Part shown: positions 19,556 to 36,683 of the stretch, piece after piece
Layout of the letters: each line of letters opens with the position of its first letter
Numbering within the stretch: the first letter of the stretch is position 1
The notes under the pieces: generated by a model
What the model was told of the DNA's origin: nothing
Database searches by the model: none
What the model saw: the letters and a program-made list of their open reading frames with translations, nothing else
Position numbers and translations under genes: made by a program
Assembly (NCBI GenBank): GCA_963817785.1
Contig: CAWFPL010000001.1
Coordinates: 19,466 to 83,465 of the forward strand
Length of the DNA stretch: 64,000 bases
Reading direction: 5' to 3'
Source: an uncultured Pseudomonadota bacterium
GTDB taxonomy: Bacteria; Pseudomonadota; Gammaproteobacteria; Burkholderiales; SG8-39

Positions 19556-20079
19556 TGAGGAAGTTCCTGGCACTGGCGTGCGTTGCGTTCCTGACCGCCT
19601 GCAGCGGCGATCAGTTTGGCGATCTCAAACAGGAGCTCGCGCGGCTTACCCAAAACCTGCGCGGGCGCGTCCCGCCCCTGCCGCAGGTAAAGCCATACGA
19701 GCCGGTTCCGTACAAGGGTGCGGCGAACATCGACCCCTTCAACCCGGAGCGAATCAATATCGCGCAGGCCGCCACCGCCAAGGGCGGAGGCGGCGGGCAC
19801 CGGCCGGACTTCAACCGTCCGCGCGAGCCGCTCGAGGCCTTTCCGCTTGATTCCATCCAGATGGTCGGAACCATCACGCAGGGCAAGGAAAGCTTCGGGT
19901 TGGTGAAGGCGGGGCCGAACCTGTACCGCGTCAAGAAGGGCAACTACATGGGCCAGAACTTCGGTGTCATCACCGCGATCAGCGAAGACGAGATCACGCT
20001 CAAGGAGCTGATCCAGGACAGTAACGGCGAGTGGGTCGAGCGCACCAGCGCGCTGCACCTGCAGGAGGCGAAGAAATGA
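19552..20079 (+). CDS. pilP: Type IV pilus lipoprotein PilP
   Basis: Lipobox FLTACSG, Pro-rich linker, C-terminal beta-domain. 4-nt overlap with pilO. Confidence 0.85.
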   Translation: MMRKFLALACVAFLTACSGDQFGDLKQELARLTQNLRGRVPPLPQVKPYEPVPYKGAANIDPFNPERINIAQAATAKGGGGGHRPDFNRPREPLEAFPLDSIQMVGTITQGKESFGLVKAGPNLYRVKKGNYMGQNFGVITAISEDEITLKELIQDSNGEWVERTSALHLQEAKK

Positions 20080-22199
20080 GTACGCTCAGCATGATGCGCA
20101 CCTCTTTCCAGGTGTTGGCGCTGTGGCTCGCGGGGCTCGGCCTTGCGCTCGCGCAGGCGAACAGTATCGATGCGTTCAACGTGACGCAGCAGGGGGGCAA
20201 GATCGTGGTCAGCGTCACCACGCGCGATCCGCTGAAGAGCGTGCCGCCGAACTTCAGCGTAACCAACCCGGCACGCATCGCGGTCGATTTCCCGGGCACG
20301 GTCAACGCGATCGGGCGCACCAGCCAGGACATCGGCCAGGGGGATCTGGCCAGCATGAACCTCGTGCAGGGCGCGGGGCGCACGCGGCTGGTCCTCAATC
20401 TGAACCGCCCCGTGGCGCACGAGATGAGCCTGGACGGTAAAAACCTGATCATCACGCTGTCGCCACCGGCGGTCGCTTCGGCGAGCTCGAGCGCGGGGGT
20501 CGCACACTTCGCGGAAGGCCGCGCCGACACGACGCACTCGATCCGCGGCGTCGACTTCCGCCGCGGCAGCTCGGGCGAGGGACGGGTGGTCGTCGATCTG
20601 TCCGACCCGAACACCGGGATCGATATTCGACAGCAGGCTCAGAGCATTATCGTCGAATTCCTAAAGACTTCGGTGCCCGATGCCCTGCGGCGCCGGCTCG
20701 ACGTGACCGATTTCGCCACGCCGGTGCAGACTGTAAACACGTTCCAGGAGGGTGAGAACGTGCGCATGGTGATCACTCCCAGGGGCCAATGGGAGCAGAC
20801 CGCCTATCAGACCGAGAACGAGTTCGTGGTCGAGGTGAAACCGGTCGCCAAGGAGGCGACGGCGGTCGGTGTGCTGCAGTCCGGCAAGTACACCGGCGAG
20901 AAGCTCTCGCTCAACTTCCAGAACGTCGAAGTGCGGGCGGTGCTCAACGTGATCGCCGACTTTACCAACCTCAATATCATCACCAGCGACACCGTGACCG
21001 GCAACATCACGCTGCGGCTCAAGGACGTCCCCTGGGACCAGGCGCTCGCAATCATCCTCGAAACGCGCGGTCTCGACATGCGTCGCAACGGCAACGTAAT
21101 CTGGATCGCGCCGCGCGACGAGATCGCAACACGCGAAAAGCTCGCCCTCGAGGCGCAGCAGCAGATCAACGATCTCGAGCCGACACATACCGAGGCGTTC
21201 CAGTTGAACTACCAGAAGGCCGCGGACGTGCAGAAGCTGCTGACCGACCCGCAGCAGAGGATTCTGTCCAAGCGCGGCAGCGCAGTCGTCGACGCGCGCA
21301 CCAACACGTTGTTCGTGCAGGACACGCCGAGCCGGCTGGGCGAGGTGCGCAAGCTGATCGCCAAAATCGACATCCCGGTGCGGCAGGTGATGATCGAGGC
21401 ACGGATCGTCGAGGCAAACGATACGTTCAGCAAGAACCTCGGTGCAAGACTCGGGTACAACGAAACGGCCGCCGGCACGCATCCCTTCCTAGGCCATGGA
21501 GCAGGCGTCACATTTGGCGGTAGCCTGGACAACACTGGCGTAGTCACCGGTCAGACGGGGGGGACGACGACGACTTCGAGCACGGGATTTGCGGCGAGCA
21601 TGCTGAACGCGAACCTGCCGGCCGCCGGCCTGAATTCTTTCAATGCGGGGCAGTTCTCGTTCATCTTGTTCAACAGCGCGATGACGCGGTTCCTCAACCT
21701 CGAGCTCAGTGCGCTCGAGGCAGACGGCAAGGGCAAGATCATCTCCAGCCCGCGCGTGCTGACCGCCGATCAGGTCGAGGCGGTGATCGAGCAAGGCACC
21801 GAGATTCCGTACCAGCAGGCGACCTCCTCGGGCGCGACCGCCATCGCCTTCCAGAAGGCAAACCTGGCGCTCAAGGTCAAGCCCCAGATCACGCCTGACG
21901 GCAACGTCATCATGACGCTCGACGTGAACAAGGACGCGCCGGGCACCATCACCCCGCAGGGCGTGCAGATCAACACCAAGCACGTCAAGACGGAGGTGCT
22001 GGTGGAAAACGGCGGCACCGTGGTGATCGGCGGAATCTACGAGCAGACCAGTCAGACTGACATTACGAAGGTGCCGTTTTTCGGAGATCTGCCCTACGTC
22101 GGGTTCCTGTTCAAGAACAACACCACGAACACGAGCAAGACCGAGCTGCTGGTGTTCATCACGCCGAAGATCGTGAGCGATCGTCTGGGCCTGCGCTGA
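20076..22199 (+). CDS. pilQ: Type IV pilus secretin PilQ
   Basis: AMIN-type N-domains and the secretin C-domain (...VPFFGDLPYVGFLFKNNTTNTSKTELLVFITPKIV). The ATG at 20076 overlaps the pilP stop. The track start 20031 is rejected. Confidence 0.93.
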   Translation: MSTLSMMRTSFQVLALWLAGLGLALAQANSIDAFNVTQQGGKIVVSVTTRDPLKSVPPNFSVTNPARIAVDFPGTVNAIGRTSQDIGQGDLASMNLVQGAGRTRLVLNLNRPVAHEMSLDGKNLIITLSPPAVASASSSAGVAHFAEGRADTTHSIRGVDFRRGSSGEGRVVVDLSDPNTGIDIRQQAQSIIVEFLKTSVPDALRRRLDVTDFATPVQTVNTFQEGENVRMVITPRGQWEQTAYQTENEFVVEVKPVAKEATAVGVLQSGKYTGEKLSLNFQNVEVRAVLNVIADFTNLNIITSDTVTGNITLRLKDVPWDQALAIILETRGLDMRRNGNVIWIAPRDEIATREKLALEAQQQINDLEPTHTEAFQLNYQKAADVQKLLTDPQQRILSKRGSAVVDARTNTLFVQDTPSRLGEVRKLIAKIDIPVRQVMIEARIVEANDTFSKNLGARLGYNETAAGTHPFLGHGAGVTFGGSLDNTGVVTGQTGGTTTTSSTGFAASMLNANLPAAGLNSFNAGQFSFILFNSAMTRFLNLELSALEADGKGKIISSPRVLTADQVEAVIEQGTEIPYQQATSSGATAIAFQKANLALKVKPQITPDGNVIMTLDVNKDAPGTITPQGVQINTKHVKTEVLVENGGTVVIGGIYEQTSQTDITKVPFFGDLPYVGFLFKNNTTNTSKTELLVFITPKIVSDRLGLR

Positions 22200-22229
22200 C
22201 TGCCTGTCGCCTACTCCTAAGTGGGTGCT

Positions 22230-22261
22230 GCGGCCGGGACCTCCCGGCCGCTTCTTTTTTT
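22230..22261 (+). terminator. Rho-independent terminator after pilQ
   Basis: Perfect 10-bp stem GCGGCCGGGA / TCCCGGCCGC, 2-nt loop, followed by TTCTTTTTTT. Begins 31 nt after the pilQ stop. Confidence 0.8.
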
Positions 22262-22283
22262 GCGGCGCCGTTACAATAAGCGC

Positions 22284-22817
22284 GTGAAAGGTAGCGGCAA
22301 TATTTTCCTGGTCGGCATGATGGGGGCTGGCAAGACCACCATCGGCCGGCTGCTGGCGCGCCGCCTGAAGCGCCCGTTCTACGACTCGGACCATGAAGTC
22401 GAGCGGCGCTGCGGGGTGAAGATCCCGATGATTTTCGACATCGAGGGCGAGGCCGGTTTCCGCAGCCGCGAGGCCTGCGTGCTCGAGGAGCTGAGCGCGC
22501 TCGACGGTGTCGTGCTCGCGACCGGCGGCGGCGCGGTGCTGCGCGAGGACAACCGACGGCATCTCGGCGCGCGCGGCACGGTCGTATACCTGCACGCGCG
22601 CCCGGCCGACCTGTACCAGCGCGTGCGCCATGACAAGAACCGACCGCTGCTTGCCGCGGCCGATCGGCTGCGGCGCCTGGAAGAGCTCTATGCGTCGCGC
22701 GACCCGCTGTACCGGCAGGTCGCCGACTTGGTGATCGACACCGGCAGACAAAGCGCACAGGCGTTGCTGCGCGAGCTGCTCACCCGCCTTGGCGACTCAT
22801 GCAAACTCTCCGCGTAG
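22284..22817 (+). CDS. aroK: Shikimate kinase
   Basis: GTG start giving [22 protein letters not shown] (Walker A 7-8 residues in, as in AroK). The track start 22221 would translate through the pilQ terminator. Confidence 0.88.
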   Translation: MKGSGNIFLVGMMGAGKTTIGRLLARRLKRPFYDSDHEVERRCGVKIPMIFDIEGEAGFRSREACVLEELSALDGVVLATGGGAVLREDNRRHLGARGTVVYLHARPADLYQRVRHDKNRPLLAAADRLRRLEELYASRDPLYRQVADLVIDTGRQSAQALLRELLTRLGDSCKLSA

Positions 22818-23905
22818 CGCTCGGCGAGCGCAGCTACCCGATTCACGTCGGAGCCGGGCTGATCGGCCAGGCGTCGCTATACGCGCCACACCTGCGCGCC
22901 GGCAAGGTCGCGGTAGTGACCAACGAGGTGGTCGCGCCGCTCTACCTGGCCACGGTGCGCAGCGCGCTGGCTGCCGCCGGAGCGCGGAGCATCGAGATCG
23001 TGGTTCCAGACGGCGAGGCGGCCAAGAGCTGGGAGACGCTCGACCGCGTGTTCGACGCTTTGCTCGCTGCGCGCTGCGGCCGTGACAGCGTGATCGTCGC
23101 GCTCGGCGGCGGCGTCGTGGGTGACTTGGCCGGTTTCGCGGCGGCGGTCTACCAGCGCGGCGTGCCATTCATCCAGGTACCGACCACGCTGCTCGCGCTG
23201 GTCGATTCTTCGGTCGGCGGCAAGACCGCGATCAACCATGCGCGCGGCAAGAACATGATCGGCGCGTTCCATCAGCCGCTCGCCGTGATCGCCGATGTAG
23301 CGACGCTCGACTCGCTTCCTGAACGCGAGTTGCGTGCCGGTCTCGCCGAGGTCATCAAGCATGGTTTCGTCCTCGACGCGCGATTCGTGGCCTGGCTCGA
23401 AGCGAACATGGAGTTGCTGCTGGCGCGCGAGCGTGCCGCGCTGGTGCACGCGGTTCGACGCTCTTGCGAGCTGAAGGCCGACGTGGTCGCCGCCGACGAG
23501 CGCGAGACGGGGCTGCGCGCGGTGCTCAACTTCGGACATACCTTTGGCCACGCCATCGAAACCGGACTGGGCTACGGTGCCTGGCTGCACGGCGAGGCGG
23601 TGGCGGCGGGCATGGCAATGGCCGCCGAGCTGTCGGCGCGCGCCGGGCTGCTTGCCGCCGCCGACGCGCGGCGCGTGAGCGCGCTCATCGCCCACGCCGG
23701 CCTGCCGGTGCGCGGACCTCAGCTCGTACCCGAGCGCTACCTCGAGCTGATGGCGGTCGACAAGAAGGCCGCCCGCGGCCGCACGCGTTTCGTGCTGCTG
23801 GAGGCGATCGGCCGTGCGACGCTGCGCGACGATCTGGACGATCGCGCGGTGCGCGAGACGATCCTCGCCTGCAGCCCGCAGGTTCCCGCTTCCGCAGCGC
23901 AATAG
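22799..23905 (+). CDS. aroB: 3-dehydroquinate synthase
   Basis: 368 aa. [38 protein letters not shown] metal site. Overlaps the aroK 3' end. Confidence 0.93.
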   Translation: MQTLRVALGERSYPIHVGAGLIGQASLYAPHLRAGKVAVVTNEVVAPLYLATVRSALAAAGARSIEIVVPDGEAAKSWETLDRVFDALLAARCGRDSVIVALGGGVVGDLAGFAAAVYQRGVPFIQVPTTLLALVDSSVGGKTAINHARGKNMIGAFHQPLAVIADVATLDSLPERELRAGLAEVIKHGFVLDARFVAWLEANMELLLARERAALVHAVRRSCELKADVVAADERETGLRAVLNFGHTFGHAIETGLGYGAWLHGEAVAAGMAMAAELSARAGLLAAADARRVSALIAHAGLPVRGPQLVPERYLELMAVDKKAARGRTRFVLLEAIGRATLRDDLDDRAVRETILACSPQVPASAAQ

Positions 23906-24034
23906 GCCTGCCCGCGCCTCGAGTCCCAGTCCCTTGAATCAGAGGGAGCAACTGGGTATATTCACCGGGTCGTCCGCCCTTTTTGTGCAGAGCGGCGAAA
24001 CGACACCAGCTCTTTTGTTTTCAGAGAGTTAGCC

Positions 24035-28696
<4,662 letters not shown>

Positions 28697-28710
28697 GCGG
28701 GTCACCGGCC

Positions 28711-30168
<1,458 letters not shown>

Positions 30169-30280
30169 GCACCTGCGCCGCGATCCATCCCCTGCCGCTG
30201 CGACGAGAAGCGCGCCGCAGACGACGATGCGCGGCCTTGCGACGGCGATGATCGGGTAGCGTTTTCACTCGACGTTCACG

Positions 30281-30319
30281 AAAAAGCCACGGGCCGGCGG
30301 CCCGTGGCTTTTTCTTTTT
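30281..30319. terminator. Strong bidirectional-looking intrinsic terminator after gltD
   Basis: AAAAA-GCCACGGGCC-ggc-GGCCCGTGGC-TTTTTCTTTTT. A 10-bp perfect stem flanked by an A run and a T run. Confidence 0.85.
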
Positions 30320-30331
30320 GAGGATTCCGAA

Positions 30332-31513
30332 ATGGATGCCATTGACGACTCGGCGCTGATGTTCGTCACGCAGCGCCCGCAGGTGATGTTCGTGAGAGGC
30401 GAGGGCTCGTGGCTGTACGACGGCGCGGGGCGCGCGTACCTCGACTTCGTGCAGGGCTGGGCGGTGAATGCGCTCGGCCACAGCCCCGCGGTGCTGCGCG
30501 AGGCGCTTGCCGCGCAGGCCGCGCGCGTGTGGAACGTCAGCCCGGCTTACTACAACGAGCCGATGTGCCGGCTCGCGACGCAGCTCGCGCGGCTCTCGGG
30601 GCTCGGGCGCGTGTTCTTCGCCAACAGCGGCGCCGAGGCGAACGAAGGCGCGATCAAGCTCGCACGCAAGTGGGGTGCGCTCGAGCGCCGCGGGGCTTAC
30701 GAGATGGTCGTCTTCGAGGGGGCTTTCCACGGCCGCACACTGGCGACCATGTCGGCCTCGGGCAAGCCTGCCTGGGGGCGCCTGTTCGAGCCGAAGGTGC
30801 CGGGCTTCGTGCGCGTGCCGCACGGCGACCTCGCGCGCCTCGAACGTGCGATCGGGCCGAAGACGTGTGCCGTGATGCTCGAGCCGATCCAGGGCGAAGC
30901 GGGCGTGCTGCCTGTGCCGGCGGCGTACCTGCGCGACGTGCGCGCGCTCACCGAGCGGCACGGCGTCCTGCTCATCCTCGACGAGATCCAGACCGGCGTC
31001 GGCCGTACCGGCCGCATGTTCTGCTACGAGCACGCGTGCATCCGTCCCGACATCCTGACGCTCGGCAAAGGGCTCGGCGGGGGCGTACCGCTCGCGGCCC
31101 TGCTCGCGCGCGAGGAGGTCAGCGTCTTCGACGCAGGGGACCACGGCGGCACCTTCAACGGCAGCCCGCTGATGACCGCGGCGGGCTGCGCAGTGATCGA
31201 GGCCGTGTCGCGACCGGAGTTTCTCGGGCAGGTGCGCGCGGAAGGCGCGTACCTCGCGCGCCGTCTGGAGGCGCTCTCCGGCACGCTCGCGCTGGGCGAA
31301 GTGCGCGGTCAGGGGCTGCTGGTCGCGCTCGACCTCCTGCGTCCGATCGGCGGCGAAGTGGTGAGCGCGGCGCTTGAGCGCGGGCTGCTCGTTAACGCGC
31401 CGCGCCCGGCCAGCCTGCGCTTCATGCCGGCGTTGAACGTCTCGCGGGCGGAAATCGATACGATGATCGAGCGTCTCGCTGCGAGCATCGCTGCGGTGCG
31501 CGGCATCCCTTGA
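30332..31513 (+). CDS. argD: Class III aminotransferase, acetylornithine aminotransferase-like
   Basis: 393 aa. [41 protein letters not shown] (PLP Lys), TFNGSPL. The argD versus astC/other distinction is not possible from sequence reading alone. Confidence 0.75.
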   Translation: MDAIDDSALMFVTQRPQVMFVRGEGSWLYDGAGRAYLDFVQGWAVNALGHSPAVLREALAAQAARVWNVSPAYYNEPMCRLATQLARLSGLGRVFFANSGAEANEGAIKLARKWGALERRGAYEMVVFEGAFHGRTLATMSASGKPAWGRLFEPKVPGFVRVPHGDLARLERAIGPKTCAVMLEPIQGEAGVLPVPAAYLRDVRALTERHGVLLILDEIQTGVGRTGRMFCYEHACIRPDILTLGKGLGGGVPLAALLAREEVSVFDAGDHGGTFNGSPLMTAAGCAVIEAVSRPEFLGQVRAEGAYLARRLEALSGTLALGEVRGQGLLVALDLLRPIGGEVVSAALERGLLVNAPRPASLRFMPALNVSRAEIDTMIERLAASIAAVRGIP

Positions 31514-31666
31514 GCCAGCCGAGGGCGTGGGCGTGGCCCGTGAAGACCCGGCCTTCGTTCGCATCGGGCGGTCCGGCGCCCGCCCTCGCGCAACCGGGCC
31601 TCCAGTGCGGTCCGCGCTCCGTTCGCGTCCGTAAAGGTCACGGAAGTCTCAGACATACAAGGGCTT

Positions 31667-31698
31667 GCGCACGTGCGCGCGCGCCGCGATGCTAGAAT
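31667..31698 (+). promoter_or_regulatory. Candidate glmU promoter: extended -10 (TGcTAGAAT) preceded by a perfect 12-bp palindrome
   Basis: GCGCACGTGCGC at 31667-31678 is its own reverse complement. TGC-TAGAAT at 31690-31698 lies 36 nt upstream of the glmU ATG. No good -35 at canonical spacing. Confidence 0.3.
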
Positions 31699-31733
31699 GT
31701 GGCTCGGTTCCCGCTGTCGCGCATTTCCCGCTC

Positions 31734-33092
31734 ATGCCGCTCGAAATCGTCGTGCTCGCCGCCGGCCAGGGCAAGCGCATGCACTCGGCACTGCCGAAGG
31801 TGCTGCATCCTCTGGCGGGGCGGCCGCTGTTGGCACATGTGCTCGAGACGGCGCAGACCCTGCAGCCCGAGCGCATCGTCGTCGTGCACGGCCACGGCGG
31901 CGACGCGGTGCAGGCGGCGTTCGCCGCCGCGCCGTTCCACTGGATCGAGCAGAGCGAGCGGCTCGGTACTGGCCACGCAGTCCTGCAGGCCTTGCCGCAA
32001 ATCTCCGGCGACGCCGACGTGCTGGTGCTCTACGGCGACGTGCCGCTCGTGCGCTCCGAGACGCTGCGCGAGCTCGTGCGGTCGGCGCGCGGTGGCCTCG
32101 CCATCCTCACCGCCGAGGCGCCGGATCCGAGTGGCTACGGACGCATCGTGCGCGACGCTCGCGGGCGCGTGGCGCGCATCGTCGAGCAAAAGGACGCATC
32201 GCCTGAAGAGTTGCGACTGCGCGAAGTGAATGCCGGCTTCCTGTGCGCGCCGGCCAGGCGCCTGCGCGCGTGGCTCGAGCGGGTCGGCAACCGCAATGCC
32301 CAGGGCGAGTACTACCTCACGGAGGTCGTTGCCCTGGCGGTCGCCGAGGGCCTCGAGGTGGCGGCGGTCAAGACGCCGGACTGGCTCGAGGTCGCGGGCG
32401 TCAATTCCAAGCGCGAGCTCGCGCTGCTCGAGCGCGCGCTGCAGCGCCGCGCGGCCGAGCGCCTGCTCGAAAGCGGCGTGACGCTCGCCGATCCGGAGCG
32501 CATCGACGTGCGCGGCAGCCTGGAGTGCGGGCGCGACGTCGCGATCGACGTCAACTGCGTCTTCGAGGGCAGCGTGCGTCTGGGCGAGCGCGTGCGAATC
32601 GGCCCGAACTGCGTGCTGCGCAACGTGACGCTCGAAGCGGATACCGAGGTGCACGCGTTCTCCCTGCTCGAGGACGCGCAGGTCGGCGCGCGCTGCCGCA
32701 TAGGGCCGTACGCGAGGCTGCGTCCGGGCGCGAGCCTGGCCGAAGAGGTGCACATCGGCAATTTCGTCGAGGTGAAGGCAAGCCGCCTGGGCGCGGGCTC
32801 CAAGGCGAACCATCTCGCCTACATCGGCGATACGCAGGTCGGCAGCCGCGTCAACATCGGTGCCGGCACCATCACCTGCAATTACGACGGCGTCAGCAAG
32901 CACCGCACTGTGATCGAGGACGATTGCTTCATCGGCTCGGATTCCACGCTCGTGGCGCCGGTGACGATCGGCAGGGGCTCCTACATCGGCGCCGGCTCGA
33001 CCATCAGCAAGGACACACCCGCGGGCCAGCTCACCGTGGCGCGCGCCAAGCAGGTGTCGCTGCCTTCCTGGAAGCCCCGCAAGAAGAAATGA
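31734..33092 (+). CDS. glmU: Bifunctional UDP-N-acetylglucosamine pyrophosphorylase / GlcN-1-P acetyltransferase
   Basis: [17 protein letters not shown]-terminus (internal ATG of track ORF 31665..33092) and C-terminal left-handed beta-helix hexapeptide repeats. Confidence 0.93.
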   Translation: MPLEIVVLAAGQGKRMHSALPKVLHPLAGRPLLAHVLETAQTLQPERIVVVHGHGGDAVQAAFAAAPFHWIEQSERLGTGHAVLQALPQISGDADVLVLYGDVPLVRSETLRELVRSARGGLAILTAEAPDPSGYGRIVRDARGRVARIVEQKDASPEELRLREVNAGFLCAPARRLRAWLERVGNRNAQGEYYLTEVVALAVAEGLEVAAVKTPDWLEVAGVNSKRELALLERALQRRAAERLLESGVTLADPERIDVRGSLECGRDVAIDVNCVFEGSVRLGERVRIGPNCVLRNVTLEADTEVHAFSLLEDAQVGARCRIGPYARLRPGASLAEEVHIGNFVEVKASRLGAGSKANHLAYIGDTQVGSRVNIGAGTITCNYDGVSKHRTVIEDDCFIGSDSTLVAPVTIGRGSYIGAGSTISKDTPAGQLTVARAKQVSLPSWKPRKKK

Positions 33093-33095
33093 TTC

Positions 33096-34934
<1,839 letters not shown>

Positions 34935-34939
34935 TGGCC

Positions 34940-35257
34940 ATGAAGACCCTATATACTCTCGCCGCGCTCGCGCTGTTCGCTTCGGCAGCGCACGCCCAAT
35001 CCGACGCCTTTCCCTTCGGCAAGCCGAAGCTCGGCAGGCAGCTGTACCAGGCGAAGTGCGCGGCCTGTCACGTCTCGATGTTCGGCGGCGACGGATCGAG
35101 CGTGTTCACGCGTGCCGACCGCAGGATCCACACCGCGGCGGCGCTGCTCGCGCAGGTGCAGGCCTGCAACCAGCGCTCGCGCGCCGGCCTGTCCGCCGAG
35201 GGCGAGCAAAGCGTCGCGGCCTGGCTCGACCAGGCCTACTACAAGCTGAAGAAGTAG
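34940..35257 (+). CDS. Small secreted monohaem c-type cytochrome
   Basis: Signal peptide MKTLYTLAALALFASAAHA and a single CAACH motif. ~85 aa mature. Function unknown. Confidence 0.6.
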   Translation: MKTLYTLAALALFASAAHAQSDAFPFGKPKLGRQLYQAKCAACHVSMFGGDGSSVFTRADRRIHTAAALLAQVQACNQRSRAGLSAEGEQSVAAWLDQAYYKLKK

Positions 35258-35274
35258 CCGCGGCGCCGGGGGCG

Positions 35275-35850
35275 TCAGTCCCCCAGCACCGGCGGATCCG
35301 GGTCGCGGTCCCAGTCCTTCGCCGGCTTGGGCACGCGCTTCATCCAGTCTTCGATGAGGCGTACGTGCTCGCGCTCCTCCCCCGCCATTTCGGCAGCCGC
35401 TCGCTTCACCTCGGGTGGAGTTTTCGGCGCACGCGCGATGCGCGCGAGGAATTTCTCGGCGCGCTGCTCGTTGCCCAGCGCGAGCTGCAGCGCGTGATAG
35501 GGCTGCATCAGGTAGTGCACCTCGGTGTGCGCGGTGGTCTCGGGCGGCTCGGGCTCGTCCCAGCGCCAGGCGAGCAGCGCGTGCGGCGGCTGCTTCCAGC
35601 CCATCTCCTCCAGGATGCGCTTGGCGTGCAGGGCCTCGATGCGCGAGAGCTTGCGGAACAGCTCCGCGACTTCGGGGTTGTTGTGCACGTCCATCTGGTC
35701 GGCGAAATCGGCATAGCGCTCCGCGGCGTCGACCTCCATCACGTAAGCGCGCGCCATGAAATCGGCGTAGGGACCGGCCGCCGGTCGAGCGCGCCCGGTC
35801 ACGCGCTTCTTCTTCGCTGCGGCCTTGGTGAATGCCTTGCGGGTGCTCAT
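35275..35850 (-). CDS. Ferritin-like / rubrerythrin-family diiron protein with Lys-rich N-terminal tail
   Basis: Internal ATG of track ORF 35275..36618 (in frame). Two ExxH motifs (IEALHAK, EEREHVR) in a four-helix-type repeat. N-terminus MSTRKAFTKAAAKKKRVTG. ATGA overlap with the korB stop. Confidence 0.7.
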   Translation of the reverse strand: MSTRKAFTKAAAKKKRVTGRARPAAGPYADFMARAYVMEVDAAERYADFADQMDVHNNPEVAELFRKLSRIEALHAKRILEEMGWKQPPHALLAWRWDEPEPPETTAHTEVHYLMQPYHALQLALGNEQRAEKFLARIARAPKTPPEVKRAAAEMAGEEREHVRLIEDWMKRVPKPAKDWDRDPDPPVLGD

Positions 35851-36683
35851 AGCGCGAAGTCCTTTTCGAGGTCGGATGGGCTCAGCGGTGCCTTGGGTGC
35901 AGCCGGGCTGAACGCTGGCCGGGAACCCTTGTACAGCACCCCGATGTTGAAGCCGTCGTCGGTCATCAGCCGGCGCGCCGCGCGTGCCGGATCCTCCGTG
36001 GCCGCGACCGGCGCCGGGTGCACCGCCTCCTTCCAGGCACGCTGCTCGGGGCGGAAGGTGACGCACGGCGAAAGCACCTCGACGAACGAGAATCCCGGGT
36101 GCCGGACCGCTTCGGCGATCAGCGTGGCCGTGCCGCTCGGGTCGCCCGAGAACCCGCGCGCAATGAAGTTCGCGCCGGCGGCGAGCGCGATCACCAGCGG
36201 GTGAAATTCGCGCAGGCCCGTGCCCCCCGGCGAGAGCTTGCTCTTCCAGTCCGGCTCGGTGGTCGGCGAGGGTTGTCCCTTGGTCATGCCGTACACGTGG
36301 TTGTCCATCACGATGTAGGTGAGGTCGACGTTGCGCCGGCAGGCGTGCAGGAAGTGATTGCCGCCGATCGAGTAGCCGTCGCCGTCGCCGCCGGCGACCA
36401 GCACCGTGAGATCGGGGCGCGCGACCTTGAGGCCGGTCCCCGCGGCGAGCGCCCGGCCGTGCACGCCGTGAAAGCCGTAGCAGGTCGTGTAGGCCGGAAT
36501 GCGCGACGAGCAGCCGATGCCCGAGACCACGGCGACGTTCTCGGGCCGCAGGTTGAGCGCCGCGAGCGCGCGGGTGATCGATGCGAGCACCGTGTAGTCG
36601 CCGCAGCCCGGGCACCACACGGGCTTGTAGTCGGACTTGAAATCCTGTGCGGTCAGAGCCGCGACGGTGGCGGGGGCGTTCAT
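35847..36683 (-). CDS. korB: 2-oxoglutarate:ferredoxin oxidoreductase, beta (TPP-binding) subunit
   Basis: 278 aa from the internal ATG. WCPGCGDY, TPP motif GGDGDGYSIGGNH...MDNHVYGMTKGQ. ATGA overlap with the korA stop. Confidence 0.88.
   Translation of the reverse strand: MNAPATVAALTAQDFKSDYKPVWCPGCGDYTVLASITRALAALNLRPENVAVVSGIGCSSRIPAYTTCYGFHGVHGRALAAGTGLKVARPDLTVLVAGGDGDGYSIGGNHFLHACRRNVDLTYIVMDNHVYGMTKGQPSPTTEPDWKSKLSPGGTGLREFHPLVIALAAGANFIARGFSGDPSGTATLIAEAVRHPGFSFVEVLSPCVTFRPEQRAWKEAVHPAPVAATEDPARAARRLMTDDGFNIGVLYKGSRPAFSPAAPKAPLSPSDLEKDFAL

Noticed and set aside
23906-24034. Possible terminator or leader structure between aroB and gltB (AGAGC…GCTCT followed by TTTTGTTTT)
   Set aside because: The stem is only 5 bp with a ~15-nt loop, which is too weak to call.
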